64,000 nt of DNA, taken from Treponemataceae bacterium. GTDB lineage: Bacteria; Spirochaetota; Spirochaetia; Treponematales; Rectinemataceae. Where the stretch lies: NCBI GenBank assembly GCA_963667725.2, contig CAXXHO010000005.1, forward strand, positions 960,001-1,024,000. Reading direction: 5' to 3'. This document shows, one piece after another, positions 47,169 to 56,792 of the stretch. A program made the translations under genes and the position numbers. The notes beneath the pieces were generated by a model. The model was not told where the DNA came from. It worked only from the letters and a program-made list of their open reading frames with translations, and ran no database searches. Each line of letters begins with the position of its first letter. The first letter of the stretch is position 1.

Positions 47169-48560
47169 ATGGAAAATAACGACGCACAATATATTAAGAT
47201 GACGCAGCGGCCCATAGGAAGGCTGATTACATCGCTGGCAGTCCCGACGATTATAAGCATGCTGGTAACCTCGATTTACAATATGGCCGATACTTTTTTC
47301 GTTTCCAGGATAGGGACGAGCGCGTCAGCGGCGGTTGGAATCGTGTTTTCCCTCATGGCGATCATACAGGCCGTGGGATTCACCATCGGCATGGGATCGG
47401 GCAGCTGGATTTCCCGGCTACTCGGAATGCACAGGATCGAGGAGGCGAACAAGGTCGCCTCGAGCGGATTCTTCATGTCCATCTTTCTGGGCATACTGCT
47501 CACCATTTTCGGCGTCATTTTCACCGATCCCCTCATGCAGATTCTGGGCGCGACCGATACCATCCTGCCCTATGCCAAGGCTTACGCGAGCTATATCCTG
47601 CTCGCCGCGCCCATCATGATGGCTTCTTTCGTGCTCAACAATATCCTGCGCTCGGAAGGCAAGGCCAAATTCGCCATGATCGGCATCGCGACGGGCGGCA
47701 TCCTCAACTGCGGCTTGGATCCGCTTTTCATCTTCGCGTTCAGGATGGGCATAGCGGGAGCGGCCGTCGCCACAGCCCTCAGTCAGCTTGTTAGCTTTAT
47801 TATTCTCCTGGCTGTCTTCCTGAACGGCCGGACTATCGTAAAGATTGGCGCGGGACGCATGGCCAAAAGACCCGATACCTATCTGCGGATCATAAAAAAC
47901 GGGCTTCCCTCTTTCTGCAGGCAGGGGCTCGCGAGCGTTTCCACCGTCGCGCTGAACGTGAGCGCGGCCTTCTACGGAGACGCCGCCGTGGCGGCGATGA
48001 CCATCGTCACGAAGATATTCATGTTTATCTTCTCCATCATCTTAGGCATCGGACAGGGATATCAGCCGGTGGTAGGGTACAACTACGGCGCGAAAAAGAT
48101 GGGGCGAGTGAGGGAGGCCTTTTTTTTCACGCTGAAAACCAATGTCGCGGTGATGACCACCTGCGCGATCGCGGGATACCTGGCCGCTCCGACGCTGATA
48201 AGGCTTTTCATTGCCAGCGATCCTGAGGTGATTCACATCGGGACCGTGGCTTTGCGGGCGCAGTGTCTCGCGATGCCGCTTATGCCCCTCGGCGTAATGT
48301 GCAACATGACCTTCCAGTCCATCGGGAAATCCTGGACGGCGACGATTCTATCGGCGGCCAGGCAGGGCATTTTCTTTCTGCCGCTGATTCTCGTCCTGCC
48401 GGGATTCTTCGGTCTTCTGGGCGTCCAGGTCACCCAGCCTCTGGCCGATCTCTGTACCTTCCTGTTCTGCGTCCCCTTCACGTTCCACTTTTTTATGAAG
48501 GTTGGCGAAGACAGTAACCCTTCCATCGCGAAGGATTCGTCGCCATCGCTGAACAACTGA
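47169..48560 (+). CDS. MATE family efflux transporter
   Basis: YNMADTFFV, LDPLFIF, GAA.AT and QP..GYNYGA motifs. Confidence 0.92.
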   Translation: MENNDAQYIKMTQRPIGRLITSLAVPTIISMLVTSIYNMADTFFVSRIGTSASAAVGIVFSLMAIIQAVGFTIGMGSGSWISRLLGMHRIEEANKVASSGFFMSIFLGILLTIFGVIFTDPLMQILGATDTILPYAKAYASYILLAAPIMMASFVLNNILRSEGKAKFAMIGIATGGILNCGLDPLFIFAFRMGIAGAAVATALSQLVSFIILLAVFLNGRTIVKIGAGRMAKRPDTYLRIIKNGLPSFCRQGLASVSTVALNVSAAFYGDAAVAAMTIVTKIFMFIFSIILGIGQGYQPVVGYNYGAKKMGRVREAFFFTLKTNVAVMTTCAIAGYLAAPTLIRLFIASDPEVIHIGTVALRAQCLAMPLMPLGVMCNMTFQSIGKSWTATILSAARQGIFFLPLILVLPGFFGLLGVQVTQPLADLCTFLFCVPFTFHFFMKVGEDSNPSIAKDSSPSLNN

Positions 48561-48599
48561 TACAGCGATGGCGCCTTGTCTTGGTATCCACTCTTTTCT

Positions 48600-50384
48600 C
48601 TATCGTCCCCAGGCGGAACCTGAAGAACTCGCCTCTAGCATACCTTTTAATGCTGCATCGGCGAGATCGAGCCCTTTCTCCCAATGTTGTTCGCAGAATG
48701 CGTCGAGCGCTTCCTGGGCTGCCATTACTTTTCCCGTTGCTTTCAGATCGATATAGCTTTTTTCCATCGCCGGCATCTCTGTGAAAAGGCTTTTTTCATA
48801 GGGGTCGAATATACTCCGGATGCTCTCATGGTAGTTCTTATACGCGCCGAAGGCCAGTTTCGATATCATGAGGAATTGGGATCCGGCTTCCGGGGTGGCG
48901 TATCGGGAATCCACCGATGATGCGCCTACATAGAACGGGATGAACAGACTGTTACAAGGTTGATTGTAGGCATGGAGCATGGCGCCCAGTTCGTTCGGCA
49001 TATCTTGTCGAGCCATAAGGATCGCCGTCGCGGCCGTCGTTCCCTCGAAAGCATGATGACAAATCGCGCGTGGGAATATTGAGACGTCTATGGTATCCTT
49101 GCTCGGGAATTCCGTCATCCACTCCTGTCGGTCGTAAACATAATCGGTGCTGTAAAAGGGAACCTGGTCGAGCTTAAGCGTTTTCCCGCTCGGAAGCGTA
49201 TAGCTGTCGTAATGATCTCTGGAGCAGGGAATAAGGGTCTGCGCGGATATTTTTCCGGAGATGCCCGCAAGAAGTTCCATAGCCCTGCTGTAGCGTATCT
49301 CCGTATTGTAGAGAATTTCGGCCGCGGGGCGCGAAGCGATGTTATCGTTGTTCTCGGGGTAGAAACCGGTCGTTCCATAGACTGCCCTAAAATTTATCGT
49401 GGCGACGTCTTTGCTTATCCATCCATTGGCCCGGGCATAAGGCAACAGATCCTCCGAACTCAGCTCATAATCATCGGTTATCTGGAACTGGTTGGATCTG
49501 GCTGTGTAGCAATCCTGGTACCGGCGGGCTACCCAGCGCTTGCCCGCTATCTCTACAATCCACATTTCCTGCGGATCGCCGATCTCGAAAATTATCGAAT
49601 TCCACGCCTGCCCAAATTTTTCCGTGAGTTTCGTCAGGACTTCGACGCCTTCCCGCGCCGTTTTAGCGCGTTCGAGGACGAGGCGCACATAATCGTTGTC
49701 GTGAAGACCATCGGTGAATGTCATCTCATCGCGCGCGGGGGCGTCGTTGTCCGAAACGATGACCTGGAATTCATTGATGCCCATTCCATATCCCCATCGT
49801 CCGGCCGAACGGGAACCGATAAAGGAATATGTCTGTTCCGCTTGAGGTATATCTATATAAGCAGCTCGATAAAGCTCAGTCGGCGAGTGGGCGCCTCCCG
49901 TTTGTTTAGCCACCTCCGAGATGGTATTAGGCCCAAGGTCACGGTTCTTGGATATGATGCTTCCTTTTCCACCGGCAAGAACGCTGCCCTGCGCCACAAA
50001 GGTGGTGCATTCCCCGATGAATCCAGTCATGAGTCTGTCCGCCATATTGAAAACGAGAATATCCTGATAGGGTATTCCCGATCCTTCGGCGACTCCTCGC
50101 ATCCAATCGATTTTTTCCGGCAAGATATTCAGCGTCAGCGCTTCCCGCATTTTAGACGCCTGGAGAATCCTCGCATAATCGATATCGCGTTTTTGGGCTA
50201 TGGCTTTCATGTCATAGATATTAGCCAGAATCGCCAGCCTTTGGGACGATCCCGTCAGCAAGCCTTCTTGATAGGATGTTCCTTCTATGGCTCCAAGAGG
50301 CAGTATCGCGAAAAGCAGCAACATGGAAAAGAACACCGCGATGCCACGCAATAGGTTTTCGTTCTGTCTTTTGCCCGTCAACAT
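48600..50384 (-). CDS. Secreted Ntn-hydrolase cysteine peptidase (C45/C69-like)
   Basis: Signal peptide; internal ECTTF nucleophile, KNRD, GINE and LVLERAKTAREGV motifs. Confidence 0.75.
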   Translation of the reverse strand: MLTGKRQNENLLRGIAVFFSMLLLFAILPLGAIEGTSYQEGLLTGSSQRLAILANIYDMKAIAQKRDIDYARILQASKMREALTLNILPEKIDWMRGVAEGSGIPYQDILVFNMADRLMTGFIGECTTFVAQGSVLAGGKGSIISKNRDLGPNTISEVAKQTGGAHSPTELYRAAYIDIPQAEQTYSFIGSRSAGRWGYGMGINEFQVIVSDNDAPARDEMTFTDGLHDNDYVRLVLERAKTAREGVEVLTKLTEKFGQAWNSIIFEIGDPQEMWIVEIAGKRWVARRYQDCYTARSNQFQITDDYELSSEDLLPYARANGWISKDVATINFRAVYGTTGFYPENNDNIASRPAAEILYNTEIRYSRAMELLAGISGKISAQTLIPCSRDHYDSYTLPSGKTLKLDQVPFYSTDYVYDRQEWMTEFPSKDTIDVSIFPRAICHHAFEGTTAATAILMARQDMPNELGAMLHAYNQPCNSLFIPFYVGASSVDSRYATPEAGSQFLMISKLAFGAYKNYHESIRSIFDPYEKSLFTEMPAMEKSYIDLKATGKVMAAQEALDAFCEQHWEKGLDLADAALKGMLEASSSGSAWGR

Positions 50385-50481
50385 CAGCGCACCTCCATAG
50401 TAAACAATTATTAAAAAACTTTCTGAGCGATATGCTAGGACCGTATTTCGTGGTTGTCAATCCAATACCGCTTGATTACGG

Positions 50482-51525
50482 CTAGGACCGGCGCAGCAGA
50501 TCCATGTAGCCGGCCAGCGACTCGCAGCGGAAGCCCTTGAAGCCGGTTACCGAGGAAGCACAGACCATGGAATTCAGCACCGCTTCCTCGGTGCTTTCCG
50601 CCGCGGCCCTGAAGAGAAGCTCGAGGCGCTCTTCCCTGACCATCGAAATTTCGAGGATATCGCTGTCTCCGGAAACGCTCTGGGCTGTCGAGAAGCCAAG
50701 GAACACCTCGCCCGAGCCGTGGCCGATGAAGGAACCCAGGCGCGCCAGGCCGACCGATCCCCGCTTGATCACGCGTTTAAGCTGCCGGCTCGACAGCGGC
50801 GCGTCGGTGGCGAAGACGAGGATGACGGAGCCTTTGTCTTCGTTGTTAACGGCTTCCCGCTTTTTCATGATTTCCCGGCCGATGGGCTGGCCAGCTATCG
50901 TCAAGTCGCCCAGACGTCCGTGGTTGGTGAGCGCCACTACGCCTAGCGTGAATTCCCTGCCGCCGAGGGTGAATATCCTCGATGCCGAGCCTATTCCTCC
51001 CTTGAGACCATGGCAGATCATGCCCTTGCCGGCGCCGACGTCGCCTTCCGGGAAATCCTTCCTGGCATCGGCGACCGCCCTCTTCACATGTTCCGCGCGC
51101 ACCGCTCTGCGCTTTATGTCGTTGAGATTGGAGTCGTTGCACTCCATCACGATCGGATTCACGGAGCGCAGTTCCAGGGCATCCTTTTCGCAGCGTTCGA
51201 TCATGTAACCGACGGCCGCGTCGTGGACGAGGCCTACGTTGAGCGTGTTGGTAAGGAAAATCGGAGTCTCGATGCAGCCCAATTCCTCGATCTGAAGCAG
51301 GCCTTGACTTTTACCGAATCCGTTCAGGACGAAGGCCGCGGCGGGAAGCTTGCGCGAGAAAGGATTCGCGGTCGATGGCGATATGAAGGTCACGCCGGTT
51401 TTATTGGCGTCGGTGTCGATCGTACAATGCCCCACGAGAACGTCCTCTACGTCGCTGATCTTGTTGAGCCTGCCCGCCTTCATCTCACCGATTTCAATTC
51501 CGTAATCTCGAATGCGCTTCTGCAT
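50482..51525 (-). CDS. dmpA: DmpA / P1 family (S58) aminopeptidase
   Basis: N.I.DV..V.VGH, TGVT, NGFGK..G, ECND, GAG.GM, KGGIGSASR, GSGE and EEA.LNS motifs. Confidence 0.88.
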   Translation of the reverse strand: MQKRIRDYGIEIGEMKAGRLNKISDVEDVLVGHCTIDTDANKTGVTFISPSTANPFSRKLPAAAFVLNGFGKSQGLLQIEELGCIETPIFLTNTLNVGLVHDAAVGYMIERCEKDALELRSVNPIVMECNDSNLNDIKRRAVRAEHVKRAVADARKDFPEGDVGAGKGMICHGLKGGIGSASRIFTLGGREFTLGVVALTNHGRLGDLTIAGQPIGREIMKKREAVNNEDKGSVILVFATDAPLSSRQLKRVIKRGSVGLARLGSFIGHGSGEVFLGFSTAQSVSGDSDILEISMVREERLELLFRAAAESTEEAVLNSMVCASSVTGFKGFRCESLAGYMDLLRRS

Positions 51526-51684
51526 GATTTACCCCTGATCCGCTGTCGCGAAATTTGGCCTTTTGCATAATAGCCTCCGGCGAGTTGCGTTACCAGCTCG
51601 GGCCAGGTATTGCGGCCGACGGTAAGACGTCAATCGCGAATTTGGCGAATGAAGACATGAAAAATATCGGAATGATTATTTCTG

Positions 51685-51742
51685 TTGACAAGTCTGGAAG
51701 GTCATGTATTATGATAGTGTATTGGTATACCGGTATGCCAAT
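51685..51742 (+). promoter_or_regulatory. Promoter and FadR/GntR-type operator upstream of the opine dehydrogenase
   Basis: TTGACA-N16-TATTAT followed by near-palindrome ATTGGTATACCGGTATGCCAAT. Confidence 0.7.
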
Positions 51743-51794
51743 ATCGATGTCGTCTGAACGTCGGAAGGTTATCGTTCTTGCGTCGAGGTGGGTT

Positions 51795-52880
51795 GTGAAA
51801 ATTGCAGTTCTGGGGGGGGGCGGCGGCGCTCATGCCATGGCGGCGGACTTGGCGCTGGCCGGACATGAGATCAGGATGGCCGAGCTGCCTTCAATGGGCG
51901 AGAACATCGCCGCCGCGCAGGCATTGGGCGGCATACAGCTCACGGGCACGGCCCCGATGGGGGGCAGTCCCGGCTTCGCTCGTCTCGCCCTCATCACGAC
52001 AAACATCCCCGAGGCGGTAGAGAATGCCAAGCTTGTGATGGTTGTCGTGCCCGCCTATGGACACGAAGCATTCATGCGCGAGCTCATCGGCTGCGTCCGC
52101 AAAGACCAGACAGTCGTTTTCCATTCCAGCTATTTTTCCTCATTGATATTCGCGAAAATGCTCAAGGAAGCGGGGCGCGAGGGCGAGATCCTCTTCGGGG
52201 AAACCACGTCGCTGCTGTACCTTGCCCATCTGAGAGGAGCGGGCAGGGTCTGGATCAAGGCTGGGAAGCGCCGGATGCCTTTCGCGGCTTTTCCCGCCAA
52301 CCGCACCGAAGAAGCTTTGAAGCGCGTCAACCCCGTATATCCCCAGTTGGTGCCCGCGCGGAATGTTTTCGATACAAGCCTGAACGAAGCTGGAGTCCTC
52401 GTCCATCCGGTCACCACGCTGCTGAACCTCAGCCGCATCGAACGGAATGGCCCATACAAGAGCAATTACTATGATCTCACTCCCGGAATCGGAAAGGTCA
52501 TGGACATCGTCGACGGCGAAAGACAAGCGGTTCAGCGCGCGCTGGGGCTTCCTCCCGTTTCCCTGCCTTCGATGATCCACGATTTCTTCAATGTTTCGGG
52601 CAAAAATTGCTACGAAGCGATCTACAACTGCCCTAACTACAGCAAACAGACAACGCCGGACGGGCTTGAGCACCGCTATATAAGCGAAGATGTGCCTTTT
52701 GGCCTGGTACCCACGACGGCCATAGGCGAGCAGATGGGATTGGACATGTCGACGACCCGGAGCATCGTCCAGCTGGCAGGTTCAGCGGCCGGAAAAGATT
52801 TCTGGAAGGAAGGCCGTTCGCTGGAAGTCATGGGCCTTAGCGGCATGGACTCCGCGCAGATGCTTCGCCATGTCAGTTAA
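51795..52880 (+). CDS. NAD/NADP opine (octopine/nopaline) dehydrogenase family
   Basis: KIAVLGGGGGAHAMAADL, VPAYGH, N....VHP, D.ER and RYISEDVPFGL motifs; GTG start after GAGGTG. Confidence 0.88.
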   Translation: MKIAVLGGGGGAHAMAADLALAGHEIRMAELPSMGENIAAAQALGGIQLTGTAPMGGSPGFARLALITTNIPEAVENAKLVMVVVPAYGHEAFMRELIGCVRKDQTVVFHSSYFSSLIFAKMLKEAGREGEILFGETTSLLYLAHLRGAGRVWIKAGKRRMPFAAFPANRTEEALKRVNPVYPQLVPARNVFDTSLNEAGVLVHPVTTLLNLSRIERNGPYKSNYYDLTPGIGKVMDIVDGERQAVQRALGLPPVSLPSMIHDFFNVSGKNCYEAIYNCPNYSKQTTPDGLEHRYISEDVPFGLVPTTAIGEQMGLDMSTTRSIVQLAGSAAGKDFWKEGRSLEVMGLSGMDSAQMLRHVS

Positions 52881-52902
52881 TTCGGAATTCTTAGTATAAG
52901 CA

Positions 52903-52963
52903 TTGACAAATCCGGATAGTGGATTATGATGGAGATTGGTATACCGGTATATCAGTATACCAT
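52903..52963 (+). promoter_or_regulatory. Promoter and FadR/GntR-type operator upstream of the regulator gene
   Basis: TTGACA-N16-TATGAT followed by ATTGGTATACCGGTATATCAGTATACCAT. Confidence 0.7.
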
Positions 52964-52986
52964 AAAATATTTAAATTGGAGGCTTC

Positions 52987-53748
52987 ATGCGAACGGATAT
53001 GATCGAACCTCTTGACCGATCGACTTCATCCGGCGGGAGCATGCTGTATACGCAGATATTCCACCAGATTCGTCAGTGGATCAGGGAAGGCAAACTCAAG
53101 GAAGGCGATATCCTTCCTTCCGAACGCGATCTTGCGCAGTTATTCGACGTAAGCCGGGTTCCTGTTCGCGAAGCGCTGAAAATTCTGGAGTTCACCGGCG
53201 TCGCGGAACAGGTTCGCGGCAAAGGCCTCTTCATCAAGAAGATCAGCATCAACAACCTGATAAGCAACATAGACTTCGTGCTCATGGACAGCGCGCACAC
53301 CTTGCTGGATCTTTTCGAGGCGCGCGAGGGAATCGAGATACAGGCCGCCTCTCTCGCCGCGCAGCGATGGAATGAGGGCGATATGGCCATCATGGAAGAA
53401 GCCATAGCCTCCATGGAAAAGAAACTCCGCACCGGGGAGGAAATCCTGGACACGTCGATGAGTTTCCATACGGCGGTCATCGCGGCTTCGCACAATAAGG
53501 CCATGTGGGAAATCAATCTTTACATTTCGGACTGGCTGCACATCGCCAGGGAGGCCATCTACAAGCAGACGACGTTGCACGAGGAAGGCCTGCGCGACCA
53601 CCAGGAGATTCTCGACAGAATCAGGCACCACGACAGCGAGGGCGCCGCCCAGAAAATGAAAAATCACCTGATACGCTCGAAGAAAGTGATCGAAGAGGCT
53701 GTCGCCGCCGCGGCGCTGTCGACCAATACCAAAGCATCCAAGGAATAG
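52987..53748 (+). CDS. FadR/GntR family transcriptional regulator
   Basis: LPSERDLA..F.VSR..VREAL HTH; FCD domain FH.....ASHN. Confidence 0.93.
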   Translation: MRTDMIEPLDRSTSSGGSMLYTQIFHQIRQWIREGKLKEGDILPSERDLAQLFDVSRVPVREALKILEFTGVAEQVRGKGLFIKKISINNLISNIDFVLMDSAHTLLDLFEAREGIEIQAASLAAQRWNEGDMAIMEEAIASMEKKLRTGEEILDTSMSFHTAVIAASHNKAMWEINLYISDWLHIAREAIYKQTTLHEEGLRDHQEILDRIRHHDSEGAAQKMKNHLIRSKKVIEEAVAAAALSTNTKASKE

Positions 53749-53752
53749 CATC

Positions 53753-54745
53753 ATGCGGAAAATTGAACGAGTGAAGAAGGCCCTCCGTGGAGAGGCCGTC
53801 GACCGGATACCCTACAGTATCTGGACGCATTTCCCGATCGTCGATCTGGATGCGGCCGGGCTCGCGAAGAGCACGATGGCTTTCTATCGCGAGTACGACC
53901 TCGATTTCGTGAAGAGCATGCCGAACGGGATGTTCTCGATAGAAGACTACGACTGCGGATGCGATTTCAGCGAAGTGCCCAAGGGCGGAGTGGCCAAGGC
54001 CACGAAGCTCGCGGTGACAAGGCCTTCCGACTGGGAGAAGTTGAGCGATCTTGATATTGAAAGCGGCGCCCTCGGCAGGGAACTGAAATCGCTCAACCTG
54101 ATTCTGGACGAGATTCATGGCGAAGCGCCGGTGATCGCCACGGTATTCTCTCCTCTCACGACGGCGCTGAAACTTTCCGGACCGAACCTGATGGCGCATA
54201 TACTGACCGATCCGGAAAAAGTGAAAGCCGGACTGGAGATCCTCACTTCGACCACCAGGCGCTTCGCCGAAAAGGCTATTGAAATGGGCTGCGCCGGCAT
54301 CTTCCTCGCGAGCCAAATGGCGCAGCGCGGCAAGATGAGCGAAGTGGAGTATAGGGAGTTCGGTCTTCCCTATGACCTTCGCGTGCTCGAAGCGGTCAAG
54401 GCGAAGTCCTGGTTCAATATCATGCATATCCACGGCGATGACATACTGTTCGATCTTCTGAAGGACTATCCAGTGCAGGGCTTAAGCTGGCATGTCTGGG
54501 AGACGGCCCCGACGGTCGAGGATTTCGTGGCGGCGGACACTGATAAATGCCTTGTGGGCGGGCTTCGGAGATTCAAGATCACCGAAGGCGAGCTTCCCGA
54601 GATCGCGAAGGATATTTCGGAAACGATACGTCAGACCGGAGGCAGGCGGCTTTTCCTGGCGCCTGGCTGTGAGATACGCGCGCCCTACAACGCGGCCGCG
54701 TTCGAATTCATCAAACGCGCCGTCTCCGAAACGGCTTCGAATTAG
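53753..54745 (+). CDS. URO-D/CIMS-like TIM-barrel protein (not canonical HemE)
   Basis: ERV..AL.GE.VDR.P, T.FSP.T, G..GIF.A, HIHG and LAPGC motifs; no RQAGR. Confidence 0.8.
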   Translation: MRKIERVKKALRGEAVDRIPYSIWTHFPIVDLDAAGLAKSTMAFYREYDLDFVKSMPNGMFSIEDYDCGCDFSEVPKGGVAKATKLAVTRPSDWEKLSDLDIESGALGRELKSLNLILDEIHGEAPVIATVFSPLTTALKLSGPNLMAHILTDPEKVKAGLEILTSTTRRFAEKAIEMGCAGIFLASQMAQRGKMSEVEYREFGLPYDLRVLEAVKAKSWFNIMHIHGDDILFDLLKDYPVQGLSWHVWETAPTVEDFVAADTDKCLVGGLRRFKITEGELPEIAKDISETIRQTGGRRLFLAPGCEIRAPYNAAAFEFIKRAVSETASN

Positions 54746-54759
54746 AGGGAGGAATTGCT

Positions 54760-55206
54760 ATGAAGAAAAAGCTGCAGGCAGGCGCCTGGGCAGGAATCGT
54801 TTTCCTGGCCATTGGCATTCTTTTCTTTGCCTACTCGCTGATCTATCCGTATTCAAGCGAGGTCGGCCCCGGTTCCGGTTTCTTCCCGATTTGGATTTCC
54901 GGCTTCCTGATCGTTCTGGCCCTTATCTACATCTATGAAAGCGTCAAGGGCAACGACTCGGCGGAAGAAATAACCAGGGAGAGTTTCACGAAAGTGCTCA
55001 TGATCGTCATCTTCATGGTACTGTTCGTGCTTTTCCTCCCCATCGCGGGTTTTAATATCAGCGGTACGGCATTCCTGTTCGCCATGTTCTTCAAGTCTTA
55101 CGGGCTGGTAAAGAACCTGATAATCTCCCTCGTCTCGACCTTGGCGATCTATTTCCTGTTCTTGCTTCTGGGCGTTCAGTTACCGCTGAACGCGCTCGGA
55201 TTCTAG
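54760..55206 (+). CDS. tctB: Tripartite tricarboxylate transporter TctB
   Basis: GPGSGFFP motif, TM-rich. Confidence 0.85.
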   Translation: MKKKLQAGAWAGIVFLAIGILFFAYSLIYPYSSEVGPGSGFFPIWISGFLIVLALIYIYESVKGNDSAEEITRESFTKVLMIVIFMVLFVLFLPIAGFNISGTAFLFAMFFKSYGLVKNLIISLVSTLAIYFLFLLLGVQLPLNALGF

Positions 55207-55218
55207 GAGGCGGCACAA

Positions 55219-56724
55219 ATGGAAGCACTTAATCTGCTCATGCACGGATTCCAGACTGCGTTCACATTGAACAACCTCCTGTTCTGCCTCATCGGCGTGA
55301 CGGTCGGCCAGTTTATCGGCGTCCTTCCCGGCCTCGGGCCCGTCGCGGGCATGGCGATCCTGATCCCCCTGACCTACGGCCTGGAGCCCACGACGGCCAT
55401 CATCATGCTGTCGGGGATTTTCTACGCGGCGATGTACGGCGGAACGATAACCTCGGTCCTTATCAACACGCCCGGGGAAAGCGCCTCCACCATCACCTGT
55501 CTTGATGGCTACCAGATGGCGCGCCAGGGACGAGCCGGCGCGGCCCTCGGCATCGCGGCCATAGGCTCCTTCGTCGGCGGCGTCGTCGCCCTGGTATGCC
55601 TCACCTTCCTGGGGCCGCCCATCGCCAAGTTCGCCGTCCGTTTCGGTCCGCCCGAGTTCTTCGCCATAATGTCCTTCGGCCTTCTCCTGATCGTCGGATT
55701 GATGGGCAAATCCATCGCCAAAGGAATGATAGCGGCGGTCTTCGGCATTCTCCTGTCGCTGATAGGCATGGATCCCGCGACGGGCACGGACCGTTTCACT
55801 TTTGGCCAGCTCTGGCTCCTGGACGGCGTCGAATTCGTCGTCCTCGCCATGGGAATTTTCGGCATCTCGGAAATCCTGGTCAACGCGGAAAAGAATATGG
55901 ATATTCCGGTTCCCCCGAAAGTGAAGGGCTTCATTCCCAAAAGAAGCGAGTGGGGAATTTCGGCCAAGGCCATCGGAAGAGGCACCGTGATCGGCATGGT
56001 GTTAGGACTGATCCCGGGGGCGAGCGCCTCCGTGGCTTCCCTCATGGCTTATTCGACCGAGAAAAAAGTGTCGAAGCACCCCGAACAGTTCGGCAAAGGC
56101 GCCATCGAAGGCGTCGCTGCTCCGGAGACGGCGAACAACGCGTTTTCCGGCGCCGCCATGATCCCCCTTCTCACGCTGGGCATCCCGAGCTCCCCGACGG
56201 TCGCCATGCTCATCGGCGCCTTCACGATGCATGGGCTCGTGCCGGGACCTCTCCTCTACGAGAAGAATCCCACCTTCCTCTGGGGCCTCATCGCCTCCAT
56301 GTTCATCGGCAACGTCGTCCTACTCGTGATGAACCTTCCCATGGCCAACATGTGGGCGAAGGTGGCGCGCATTCCTTACAAGCTGCTGGGGCCGCTTATC
56401 ATTCTCATCTGCATGGTCGGCGTCTACAGCGTCAACAGGATGATACCCGAGATCGCCCTTTTAACCTTGTTCGGCGTTGTCGGGTATTTCATGAAAAAAC
56501 TCGAGATCCCGGGCGCTGCGGTGATCCTGGCCTTCATCCTGGGGAACAATCTGGAATATACGCTCATCCAGACGCTGAGCATGTCCAATAATGGACTGTT
56601 ATACCTGTTCCAGAGACCGATTTCAGGCGTGATGATGGGGCTCTGCATCCTCATCCTGATTGGCTCGATCGTCTCTTCGGTGATGAAAAAGAGGGACAAG
56701 CTGGCGGCGGATCAGGAAGTCTGA
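55219..56724 (+). CDS. tctA: Tripartite tricarboxylate transporter TctA
   Basis: GVLPGLGP, YGG.ITS.L.N.PGE and PETANNA motifs. Confidence 0.95.
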   Translation: MEALNLLMHGFQTAFTLNNLLFCLIGVTVGQFIGVLPGLGPVAGMAILIPLTYGLEPTTAIIMLSGIFYAAMYGGTITSVLINTPGESASTITCLDGYQMARQGRAGAALGIAAIGSFVGGVVALVCLTFLGPPIAKFAVRFGPPEFFAIMSFGLLLIVGLMGKSIAKGMIAAVFGILLSLIGMDPATGTDRFTFGQLWLLDGVEFVVLAMGIFGISEILVNAEKNMDIPVPPKVKGFIPKRSEWGISAKAIGRGTVIGMVLGLIPGASASVASLMAYSTEKKVSKHPEQFGKGAIEGVAAPETANNAFSGAAMIPLLTLGIPSSPTVAMLIGAFTMHGLVPGPLLYEKNPTFLWGLIASMFIGNVVLLVMNLPMANMWAKVARIPYKLLGPLIILICMVGVYSVNRMIPEIALLTLFGVVGYFMKKLEIPGAAVILAFILGNNLEYTLIQTLSMSNNGLLYLFQRPISGVMMGLCILILIGSIVSSVMKKRDKLAADQEV

Positions 56725-56792
56725 TCCGGAATTTGATTCGGTGACGAAACCCGGTTCGTTAGAGCCGGGCTAGAGATAAAGGAGGGAACTAT

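Noticed and set aside
53753..54745. Annotation as hemE
   Set aside because: It lacks the RQAGR motif and there are no tetrapyrrole genes in context.
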